A stretch of DNA of 49,306 nt, the filler included, from Ionaspis alba (Eukaryota): the NCBI GenBank assembly GCA_964255285.1. It is 2 parts of 2 records of this genome, joined end to end, with 100 filler letters (N's around TTAATTAATTAA, not from the genome) between each part and the next. Parts side by side here need not be neighbours in the genome. Positions count along the whole stretch, not along the records: positions 24,730 to 49,306 come from CAXUUL010000171.1; 1 more part is not named here. One strand, given 5' to 3'. The translations under genes were made by a program, and so were the position numbers. Shown piece after piece: positions 37,042-48,059 of this stretch. The first letter of the stretch is position 1, and each line of letters opens with the position of its first letter. A model generated the notes under the pieces. The model had not been told where the DNA came from and ran no database searches. It saw only the letters and a program-made list of their open reading frames with translations.

Positions 37042-37503
37042 ATGCATTCTCTACTCTCCATACCCGTTGAAATCAGATATCATATCTTAAGATATCTCGA
37101 TCATCCAGAGCTATCAACCTTACAAGCCACCCATGGGTGGTTCCTTGAGAACACCACCGATCTCAAAGATGACTTGTCTTTGCCCAAGCTGTTAGTGCTT
37201 GAGACCAAGAATCCCACCGCCGAGTCTCGAGACTTCTTTACCTGTGCATGCTGCCTCAAGCTGCTACAGGCTAGTAGGTTCGCCTTCGGCAATCGTTCAG
37301 GCGATTATGGTCGAGGTGGAAGNNNNNNNNNNNNNNNNNNNNNNNNNNNNNNNNNNNNNNNNNNNNNNNNNNNNNNNNNNNNNNNNNNNNNNNNNNNNNN
37401 NNNNNNNNNNNNNNNNNNNNNNGATTTGGAGTGCGAGCGGGAGGAGAGACAGTATAAGACAGACAAGGCTTTGCTGTCTTTCCTATTGATACTTCTAGAA
37501 TGA
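37042..37503 (+). CDS. F-box protein with CxxC motif, interrupted by an assembly gap
   Basis: MHSLLSIPVEIRYHILRYLDHPELSTLQATH (F-box-like), then FTCACCLKLLQASRF. The 3' end is unreliable because of 100 N at 37323-37422. Confidence 0.65.
   Translation: MHSLLSIPVEIRYHILRYLDHPELSTLQATHGWFLENTTDLKDDLSLPKLLVLETKNPTAESRDFFTCACCLKLLQASRFAFGNRSGDYGRGGXXXXXXXXXXXXXXXXXXXXXXXXXXXXXXXXXXDLECEREERQYKTDKALLSFLLILLE
37323..37422. other. Assembly gap (100 N)
   Basis: Run of 100 N. Confidence 0.99.
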
Positions 37504-37861
37504 CCACACTGTCGTCGTGGCCTTCAATAGTCTCTATTTTAGAGTTGTTGTTAGTACAATCCTGGGGACGGATGCCAATGTAAGGACTTTTCACGCTGAC
37601 ATGGTGCATCGTTGTGATATTATGCTACTGCAGGCACTGCAGCCTAGATGACTGCTCATTGTATCAGCCTATACGCGTAAGGCGTGGAGTTCTATAGACT
37701 CTGGCAGACTCCGGTTCCGGCAGTGGAGCGGGCACCATTCTACAGAGCCATCCCGAGTCAGTGTCACATGATCAAAATTCTGCGAAAGTGAAATCTCTTG
37801 CTATCTATTTCTATTGCTCGTTACATTGTTATCATGCGTATCGTCGAATACCTCCCGCTCT

Positions 37862-38962
37862 TCACCCGGCAACCTCCGTAAAGCTAGAAGCACACTGGCC
37901 CTTCCCACCCACGGCGTATGGATATCTGGCCTTGTTCGTAGTGATAACCCCAGGCTCAAACCCTGCAAAGTTGCATAGTGCTCCAAGATAGCCAGCACCG
38001 ACGTGACCCTGTAGCAGAAGGGTGCAATTACTAGCGTCGTCGCTTCTCCACCCGATGCAGTTTCCAAAGAAGCCCTGTACGCGGCTGCCAGATTCGTTCG
38101 GGAAGGGATTATATGCGTTGCATGCACCACAGCATGCTGGGACAGCAGCGTTGATGGAGTACTCGAAAGCGTCTGAGGCGGGGCTGCTGAGCTTGTGGGC
38201 TCCGGGAATGAGGGTTGCGGTTGCGCAAGCGCCAGTGTATTGGTAGGTCAGTGTAGAAGTCGTGATGGACGTCTGGTGAAGCTATCAGAGAGATCCAGTA
38301 GGGCATGGGATGGAAGCAGATATATTCCAAAGATTACGGAGATCGGAATGGACAGAATTGGGCAACGAAGACAAAGAAGGTATTGGCAAAAGGAGAGAAA
38401 GTTAGATAAAAGGCGAGAGAGAAAAGTCGAAGGCTTACTGGTGGGCCTGCGAAGGTGACGGTTGGCGTCGGCAAAGATAGGCATGAGCAAGCACTGCTGA
38501 TGCGCGAGGGAGTTGGATAGGAGAACAGGTAGCTTGGGACAAGGTATGGTGAGAATTGACTCGGGTATGGCACGGTCGAGGTAAAATAGGTAAGAGTTGT
38601 TCTGTCAATTAGATGAGTACCAGATGGAAGAACGGATGTGGAAGGTGGAGCAGCAGATGATGAGGGAACGGGCATGGCGCCACCTACGTGGTAGTAGCCG
38701 TTATGGTCGGGTCAGATGTATAGATTGTGACAGTGGGGACCTGAATATATGAGCTACAGAAGGGCGTGGCCGAGGCGCTATTTGCGAGCAGTGCTCGGAG
38801 CACGTTGTCCCTATTGCAAACAGCTCTTTTCTCAACAGCTTGCTCATGACGGTTGAGACTTCTCTTATCCATCTCATTCTCAAGGTTGTGCCCAGCGTGG
38901 ACAACGGTCAAAAGGGTAACGGCAAACATGACCATTGCAAAGAAGAGTTGAAGGAACCGCAT
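37862..38962 (-). CDS. Secreted, probably Kex2-processed, Thr-rich protein with C-terminal Cys-rich (Apple/PAN-like) domain
   Basis: Exons 38962-38688, 38601-38439, 38272-37862. Signal peptide, DKR and EKR sites, CNRDNVLRAL..ATPFCSSYI and SRISSACSCL motifs, then ACCGACN..GNCIGW..NCTLL..C..GGKGQC. Confidence 0.75.
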
Positions 38963-39759
38963 GTTGAAGGCTGTGTATAGAGGCAGGTACTCTAGAAGCC
39001 TGAAAAGAAAAAGGACCAGGAACTTCTGAGACGAAGAAAAAGTGAGAAGTAAAGGCTTCAATGCCTAGAACAGCGTTGCTGGTCTTGACACATTCTTATA
39101 GATGAGAGGTTTCACGAAGGTAAGGCTGTAAATCAATCAATTCCCTTATCTTCTGGTCTCCCATCTGCAAGCCACTATTCCCTCTCGTCTGTTCTTCCCA
39201 TTTTAGGTTGGATATCTTAAACATAGTGCGATATTGGGTAGATCAATTTGGGCTTCTCGTGTTGAGCCGCGCCGTTATGCAAGCCAAGCACCCAAACACG
39301 AGATCCCCGAGGCCACCTAGCCACCACGGATCCAGAGCGCCTGTGCCAACAGGTCCCATATACAACGTCACACCCCGTATTATCTTTGCAGACGGCTTGT
39401 AGAGTCAAGTAAAGGTAGTAGTGCGTAGTAGTGCGTTGGGCAGCTCAACACTGACAAGTATTGCAAGGAGGATTCAGTCGTGTAATGTAGAAAACGCCGC
39501 GGTTCTGGGAGTAAGAGACGCGCATTTGGCGTGAAACGCTTTCCGAAATGGTCAGATTTCTCCCCCGGATCTGCGCCTTACGGTCAGGAATCACGCCACA
39601 GTGCTTGGACTCGACACGAGTTCTCAATTGGCATTGCTGTGCTTTTGATTGCACCGTCTATACCCGCGCACATGGACTCCTTCGAAGCAAATGAGCCGCT
39701 GGGTTGAGCAGCCGGAAATCATTCAAGGGTCCTCTTAGGGGCTCGCGAAGCTGGTGATC

Positions 39760-42700
39760 ATGGCAGAGGAAAATCCGGAGCTCAAGATCAAGCTTCAAGA
39801 GCTGGACCAGGAATTGGAAGATGGTGAGATCACAGCCAAGGGATATCAAAAGAGGAGGACTCTCATCCTGTCTCAATACCTCTCAACTGCGCAAGTTGAC
39901 CAAGTCCAACGAGGGCTCCACGTTCACAACGCAGGCGACACAGTTCATTCCTCCAATCCTGATTCAGGATCGCCCTCCTCGATCTTTGACCCGAGCGCAC
40001 AATACTCGGGGTTCTCAAATCCTTATGCCTCGACGGAATCATACATCGATGCTACAGGGTCGCAGGATGGCCAAGAAAATAGGGGCATGGCGCCTATTCA
40101 AGGTCTTGTCGGAAGACTTCAAGAGAGGGAACTTGGAGTGAGGAATCCAGATCAAAGGCAGTCGACGTATGGGCAGGAGCAATATATGCACCAACAAGAT
40201 GGCTCTGGGGGTTACGCTTCAAGCTACGATAATTCTCGGGAACATACCATGATGAGCTCTACTTATGCCTTCAACCCGGCCAATGAAGCAGGCTACAATA
40301 CCAATCATTCTAGTGGTCGTGTCTCTCCAAATGATGGTCAAACAAGGAACTCGACTATGCTTGAGCAGGGGTACTTCACAGATTTCGCAGGTCAGCAACA
40401 TGGTCAACAACGAGATAGTTATGGGGGTGGACCTCATCGGTACTCGACAAGTGATGCTTTCTCGCCGACAGCGAATCAAGCTCCACCTATGCTTCACTCG
40501 GGCGATCTGCCTGCAGCAGCCGCGGTAAACCATCAGCTACCTTTGGAGCCCAGAGATGTTCCATTTGCGGTCTACGACCCGCACAATAGCAATATACCGA
40601 TGTCCAAATTTGATAATATTGCTACGGTATTACGGCACAGAGCGCGGACAAATCCAAAGACTCCAGCTTACTGGGTTCTGGACTCTAAGGGAAAGGAATT
40701 TTCTTCGATCACTTGGGACAAATTTGCGAGCAGGGCGGAGAAGGTGGCCCAGGTCATCCGTGATAAAAGCAATCTGTATAGGGGAGATCGGGTAGCACTA
40801 ATATATCGCAATTCGGAAGTCATTGACTTTGCTGTTGCTCTCCTAGGTTGTTTCATTGCTGGTGTGGTTGCTGTGCCCATCAATAGTCAAGAATCGGTGG
40901 ATTACAACAGATTGAATGTCGTTCTCATGACCACGCAAGCTCATCTGGCCTTGACCACTGATGCCAATCTCAAGAATTTTCAGCGGGACATTACCCAGAG
41001 CAAGCTAAATTGGCCAAGAGGAGTGGAATGGTGGAAGACGAACGAATTTGGGAGTTTTCACCCGAAAAAGAAGGATGAGGTGCCTCCATTGATCGTTCCA
41101 GATCTTGCATATATCGAATTCTCCACGGCTCCAACCGGCGACATTCGTGGCGTGGTGATGAGCCATCGAACGATCATGCATCAGATGGCCTGTCTCAGTG
41201 CAATTATTGCAACCATTCCCACAGATGATCAGGACACTTTCAATTCTGGCTTAAGGGATAAACAAGGTCGTCTCATGACCGGCAGTGGTGCCGGAGAGAT
41301 ATTGCTGAGCTACCTTGATCCACGTCAAGGTATTGGTATGATATTGGGTGTCTTGCTCACGGTTTACGGGGGTCACACAACTGTCTGGATAGATGCGAGT
41401 GCAGTCGAGACACCCGGGCTTTACGCAAATATCATCACAAAATATAAAGCAACCTTGCTTGCGGCGGATTATGCAGGCTTAAAGCGCACTGCATACAACT
41501 ACCAATCGGATCCTATGACGACTCGCAATTTCAAGAAAAACTTCGAGCCTAATTTCGCAAGTTTGAAGTTATGTATGATTGATACTTTGACAGTCGACTG
41601 CGAATTTCACGAGATACTGGCAGATCGGTGGCTTCGACCGATGAGAAACCCTAGAGCCAGAGAACTAGTAGCACCTATGCTTTGTCTCCCTGAACACGGG
41701 GGCATGGTCATAAGCATGCGGGATTGGCTTGGTGGCGAAGAGCGAATGGGATGTCCGCTATCAGAGGTAGACGAACCACCGCCAGAAGAGAAGGACGAAA
41801 AGCCAGTAGTACCGGACAACGGGTATAGCAGTCTTATAGGTGGCGCAACTTCGCAACCCATGTATAAGAAGGGAAGGACGGATTTGAGTGAAGTGCTTGT
41901 CGACAAGGAATCCTTGAAAACGAATGAGGTTCATGTAGTTGCTATGGGAGAAGAGGTGGCAAAGAAAGCTGGGAATGATCTTGAAACTGTTCGAATCGGT
42001 GCTTTCGGTTACCCTATCCCTGACGCGACGTTGGCTGTTGTGGATCCAGAGACAAGCTTACTTTGCACACCACGAGTCATTGGAGAGATCTGGGTTGATT
42101 CCCCATCATTGTCTGGAGGGTTCTGGGCATTACCCAAGCATACGGAAACCATATTTCACGCACGACCCTACAAGTTCTCCGAAGGAAATCCAACACCCAT
42201 GGCAGTCGAGCCAGAGTTCCTAAGGACGGGTCTACTGGGCTGCATCATCGAAGGCAAAGTGTTTGTTCTTGGACTTTACGAAGATCGATTACGCCAAAAG
42301 GTAGAATGGGTAGAGCACGGAACCGAAGTCGCCGAGTACCGGTACTTCTTTGTACAACATCTTATCATAAGTATCATGAAGAACGTTCCCAAGATATACG
42401 ACGCCTCGGCTTTCGATGTGTTTGTCAACGAAGAGCATTTACCGATTGTTCTGCTCGAGTCTGCGGCCGCTTCTACTGCTCCCGCAACTAGTGGAGGTCC
42501 TCCCAGACCACTTGATACAGCGCTTCTTGATTCCCTGTCTGAAAGGTGTATGGAGATCCTATACCAAGAGCATCACGTGCGAGTATACTGCGTTATGATC
42601 ACTGCTCCTAATACATTGCCTCGTGTCATCAAGAACGGAAGAAGAGAGATAGGTAATATGTTGTGTCGACGAGAATTTGATCAAGGTTCATTACCTTGCG

Positions 42701-45479
42701 TGCATGTCAAATTTGGGGTGGAGCGAGCAGTACTTAATCTTCCTGTGGGCGTAGATCCTGTCGGTGGTATCTGGTCTCCTGTTTCGACGTCAGCCAGACA
42801 AGAAATCCTTGTCATGCAAGACAAACAATACTCCGGTGTCGATTATCGCGATGTTGTCATTGATGACAGGACATCAACTCCTTTGAACAACTTCTCTAGC
42901 ATTGTGGATCTACTCCAATGGAGAGTGGCACGGCAGGCCGAGGAGCTAGCATACTGCACAATCGATGGACGAGGCAGGGAAGGTAAAGGCGTAACATGGA
43001 AGAAGCTCGATATGAAAGTCGCAGCTGTCGCCATGTACCTCCAGAACAAGGCCAAGATAAAAGCTGGAGACCATGTAATACTGATGTACACACACTCTGA
43101 GGACTTTGTGTATGCTGTGCATGCATGTTTCTGTCTCGGGGCCGTGGCGATTCCCTCAGCGCCTCTGAATGAGAGTCGATTGAATGAGGACGCACCTGCT
43201 TTCCTCCACATGGTCGCTGATTTTCGTGTCAAGGCTGTGCTGGTCAATGCTGATGTGGATCATCTGCTGAAGCAGAAGATTGTCGCACAGCATGTCAAGC
43301 AATCTGCCCATGTTCTTCGTGTCAACATACCACCAATTTATAATACCGCCAAACCTTCCAGGCAATCTAGTGGTTGCCGAGACCTTGGTTTCACCATGAA
43401 GCCTGCCTGGGTCCAGCCGGGATATCCTGTTCTGATCTGGACCTATTGGACGCCAGATCAGCGACGAATCGCTGTACAGCTTGGCCATGATTCCATCATG
43501 GGGACTTGCAAAGTTCAGAAAGAGACGTGCCAAATGACGAGCTCGAGACCTGTGCTTGGTTGTGTACGGAGTACGATGGGCTTAGGCTTTATACATACTT
43601 GCCTGATGGGTGTCTTTGTTGGTTAGTGTCCTGATTTTGGATCAAAGACCATTGGCTAACCCAATATTAGGCGCTCCTACGTACCTTGTATCTCCTGTGG
43701 ACTTCGCAGCAAATCCTCAATCCCTATTCCTCACACTTTCGAGATACAAGATCAAAGATACTTATGCAACAAGCCAAATGCTGGACCATGCTATGGCAAC
43801 GATGCCTGGCAAAGGCTTTGCCATGCATGAGCTGAAGAACATGATGATCTCAACGGAAGGAAGACCACAGGTCGATGTCTGTAAGTGATATCATTCATAC
43901 ATCACATCAAATCCTTATACTGAGCCCTTCCAGTCCAGAAAGTCCGTCTCCACTTCGCTGGCGCGGGTCTCGATCGCACCGCCATCAACACCATCTACTC
44001 TCACGTCCTCAATCCAATGATAGCTTCTCGGTCCTATATGTGCATCGAGCCAATCGAGCTCTGGCTTGATACCCGTGCCCTACGACGTGGTCTAGTATAT
44101 CCCGTCGATCCTGACACTGATCCTTCCGCCCTGCTCGTGCAAGATTCTGGCATGGTACCTGTCAGCACCCAGATTGCGATTGTCAATCCCGAAACATGTC
44201 GATTATGCCACATCGGAGAGTACGGTGAGATCTGGGTACAGTCAGAAGCATGTGTTCACAGCTTCTATGCAAGCAAGGATGCATTTGATGCCGAACGATT
44301 CAATGGTAGGACTGTCGACGGCGATCCACGTGTAACGTATGTCCGGACTGGAGATCTTGGGTTTCTCCACAATGTTACCCGACCGATTGGACCCAACGGC
44401 TCACAAGTCGAGATGCAAGTGTTGTTTGTTCTAGGTGGCATTGGCGAGACGTTCGAGGTCAATGGGTTAAGCCACTTTCCCATGGATATCGAATACTCAG
44501 TAGAGAAATGCCATCGTAATATCGTTCCAGCCGGCTGGTAAGTCCTCCCTCTTACCCTAGCCTACACTTGAAGCTGATCCAGCCACCTAGCGCCGTCTTC
44601 CAAGCCGGCGGTCTGGTCGTCGTCCTCGTCGAAGTAATGCGCAAAGCCTACCTCGCCTCCATCGTCCCCGTAATCGTCAACGCCATCCTCAACGAGCACC
44701 AACTCGTCGTCGACATCATCGCCTTCGTTTCGAAAGGCGACTTCCCGCGTTCCCGCCTAGGCGAAAAACAGCGAGGCAAGATCCTCGCCAGCTGGGTGAC
44801 CCGCAAAATGCGCACCATAGCCCAGTTCGGCATCCGCGACCCTGACGGCGCCGACAGCCAGATCACCGAAGTCCCCGAGCCGCACATATCCGATGCACCG
44901 AGCTACCGTCGGGGAAGCATGGCGACAACCGAGCATCGCCAGTCGGTCGGAGCGTCGGAGATTTCGCCTTTGGGGACGGAGCAGAGTCAGGCGTATGCGC
45001 CCCTCCCGACCGGGATTTCGGAAATGCCTGCCGATTACGAGAACTCCATTATGGAATCCCCGCCGCTGCCTCTCGTTCCGGAGAAGGTGCCTCTGGATAA
45101 CCCGGAGCTCCCACCCGATCACCCCCATAATCGTTACGACCCGGATGCCACGCCTCAGGCTGAGCTCGCAGCTTTCGACTACGATTCTACGCCTCCGCCG
45201 CCGCCGCGGTTTGACTCGAAGCCTACCATGACGCTGCCTTCGGTCACGGGTCGAGATAGTCTGGTGCCTGAGGGAGAGATCAATAGGTTGCCGAGTCAGT
45301 TGAAGCCGGGACATGGCGCTGGACCGAGTGCTGTGGGACCGGGTAGGGGTTTGCATGTTGCAAATGCGGGCTCCGAGGATGAGAATGATGGATGGGGACA
45401 GGAGGCTATTATGCATATGAACCTTGCCGGCGGGGGAGACGTGAGGGGATATGGTGGAAGTGGGAATGGGTATCGGTAG
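39760..45479 (+). CDS. CPS1: DIP2-family tandem fatty acyl-AMP-ligase-like protein (CPS1 / Cmr2 / Mug62 ortholog)
   Basis: Exons 39760-43621, 43671-43880, 43934-44537, 44591-45479. N-terminal DMAP1-binding motif LQELDQELEDGEITAKGYQKRRT and two adenylation-like domains (DLAYIEFS..GVVMSH, GEIWVDSP..FLRTGLLG; GEIWVQS..YVRTGDLGFL, FPRSRLGEKQRGKIL). Confidence 0.95.
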
Positions 45480-45783
45480 GATTTTGGAATAGGAGGTATA
45501 GTTGGGTGGGATGGCATATGTGGCGTTATGTATCTATCTACTAGGCATTTCGGTTAGTGGCATTTGTTTTGTGGGCTTGGTTGGGGTCATGATGTATGAA
45601 AAGGTGGTGGTTGTATCGCAGTGGAGATGTGGGATATATACGGGAAGGGGTTGCTTGTATATATTATGCATAGTTGTGAAACGCAGCTTCATGGACCCTC
45701 AAAATGTCATTGTCGGATGTTGCAGATTGTGCAGAGCTATGTATAGCGATTAATCTATCCGAGGGAAACACTCTGGACTAGAG

Positions 45784-46190
45784 GGCAAGGTTATCAAAGG
45801 ACTACTGCACCGTCACCAACGGGCTCAGAGGAGAATCGGTTTCTCTTCTTCTGCTGGTAGAGTGACGTGTGAGACAGGATTTGAGCAAGGAGCTCCGCCA
45901 TATCTCTCTCGCCTCTGGTTCCGCCTATCAGGGAAGTTATACTCACGACCTTTGTCCTGCACATTCTGTGCACGGCTTTTCTGTGCAATTTCCCACCAGC
46001 CAGTCTTTTTGCTTCCCAGTCTGGCAATATATGCCGTGATGCTGGTAGTAGCCTCTGGAGCGTCGACGGTGATAGCTAACTCAGCCGCAAGGCCCTGATG
46101 GGCGAACGTTAGCTGATTAAATGTCTCTGTGAATCCTGCTGATTTCGCATAGCGGATGACGTTCTGCACATAGGCCGCTGGCAAGGTTAT
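45784..46190 (+). repeat. 11-bp direct repeat GGCAAGGTTAT bracketing the gag-like fragment
   Basis: Exact copies at 45784-45794 and 46180-46190. Confidence 0.85.
45795..46179 (-). mobile_element. Isolated fragment resembling a fungal LTR-retrotransposon gag
   Basis: PAAYVQNVIRYAKSAG..FNQLTFAHQGLAAEL..DAPEATTSITAYIARLGSKKTGWWE resembles, from recall, the YxQxIIRxAKxA..NQL..GL..L..P..TT..L..K..WW pattern of fungal Ty3/gypsy-type gag proteins. No ATG-started gene, LTR or pol sequence is visible. Confidence 0.55.
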
Positions 46191-47015
46191 ATCTCCCTAG
46201 TGAAATCAATCGACAGCATGTCCCTTGTGCTTCCAAAACATTTTTTGGCGTGACGTGGTATTATGATCTGTCCTGGATAGTATGTTGTCCCAAAATGCCT
46301 CCGCTATGATTGGTGGGCATACGATCTCGTGGTGAAACAATAATTATACCATTGAGGGCAATCTGACAGTTGGAGAATTGTCAAACGCAATCGACTGTGG
46401 GTAGTGTCCCTCCACCTTGACGATTCGATTCCAAGTTCTCGGGAGATGTCAAATACTTCCTAAACTCTTGTCACTAATATAAGCGATATGGCGGGCCAGT
46501 ATCCCAAGACATATCAACGTTCGATTGATTGACGGACGGAGTGTCGCTATCAAGTGAAGCATCTGACTCATTATAATAACATCATTCTTTCAAAATATAT
46601 ATAGAGATCAGAAATATATAATCAAGCCTTCATAAGTAAACAGGATGAAATTTTTTGGGTCTCAAATACGGAGCCTGATATCACACGAAGGGAGGGTTGC
46701 ACCATTCCATATTTGTGACAAGCTTGGCCTACAAGCGGATGTTGACAAGCATTTGAAGTCTATAAAAAATAATTGAATGTCCATCGCGTTCGAAAGGGAA
46801 ATAAAAAGAGTTTCGGATAATAAAATGCATAAATCTACTTGACACTGTCATATATATCCTGCTTTCCCGCTCCCCGTGCCGCCAAACAAGCATCAAACCC
46901 CTTATAGGAGCCCGCCCAAGAACAACCTTCATATACAAAGAAGCCTCTCCCCAAGAACCATCCGATCCAGTCGTGATATACAATTTATACTCCTGGTGCC
47001 CGCCAGCAAAACCAA

Positions 47016-48059
47016 TCAATGACTTCGGCTTCTCGAACGCGCCTGCTGCATTTCCTGCTCATTCTCATCCGTAGCATCTTGTCCCGGAACAGCGTCCTCG
47101 TAGTTCATGTATTTGGCGAACTTGTAGTAGCCGGCTGCGATGACGGCTCCGAGAAAGGGACCGATCCAGTAGATCCAGTGGTAATTGGGGAAGTCGTGGG
47201 TGACGCAGTGGACACCGAATGATCGGGTGGGGTTCAGGGAGCCGCCGGTGTAGTAGACACCTGGATGAACGAAAGATATCAATACTTGCTTTTTCATATC
47301 TTGGATGGTTTACGTACCTGCGAGTTCGGCGATGAAGAGCGCAAGACCGATGCCTACGGGTGCGACGGGAGTGATTTTTGATTTCTCGGCCGCGAGCATG
47401 AGCACAGCGATGACGAGCATGGCTGTCAAGAACATCTCGATGAACAAGCCCTGTGCTGTCGACGTTCCGTGTGAAAGCGTCGTGGCGACTGGCAGATCGC
47501 CGGGAAACATGCAAGATATCAGTGCTGCAGCAATGATACCGCCGAGCATTTGTGGGATAAAAAGAAGGAGACCTCGAAACCAGGGAACAGCTCCTCCAAT
47601 GCAGAGACCTAGAGTGACCTAGAGGCGAAACGCATCAGTATGCATTCCTCGAGGCGCTCTGACATCATGTTGGTTCCTTACAGCCGGATTGAACAATCCT
47701 CCACTGATTCTGAAGAATACCCATGCGTTCACCGCCAGGGAGAAGCCAAAGCTCAAGCTGATGAACATGAGTTGAGCCAGGCCCAGAATAGGATCTGTGT
47801 TTGTTGTCGGGGCGATGCTGTTGGCGATTTGTGTTCCACCGAGAGCGAAGAAGAGGAACATGATGGTGCCGACGAATTCGCCGGACATGGCAACAAAGTG
47901 GCCGCGTATAGCGGTTCTCTTCTGGTGCTCTTCATCCTTCTCTCTTCGAGACTGATGGTGCGAGGAGGAGTGAGGGCGATTCGACCCAGTCGAACGACGA
48001 GGAGCGCGAGATGTAGGGAGGATAGGACCTTTTGAACGGCGACTATCGCTTCCCAACAT
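47016..48059 (-). CDS. AQY1: Aquaporin (MIP family, orthodox fungal AQP type)
   Basis: Exons 48059-47682, 47618-47318, 47260-47016. Motifs GEFVGTIMFLFFA, FFRISGGLFNPAVTLG, GLFIEMFLTA, GVYYTGGSLNPTRSFG and HWIYWIGPFLGA. Confidence 0.93.

Noticed and set aside
39415..39435. Tandem GTAGTAGTGC x2
   Set aside because: Only two copies of a 10-mer; most likely a local slippage duplication.
41100..41170. Degenerate adenylation P-loop (YIEFSTAPTGDIRG) in CPS1, suggesting a novel NRPS-like enzyme
   Set aside because: This is the normal state for DIP2-family proteins, and no carrier or condensation domains or biosynthetic cluster are present.
44757..45416. 219-aa Arg-rich ORF on - strand
   Set aside because: Antisense to the GC-rich last exon of CPS1.
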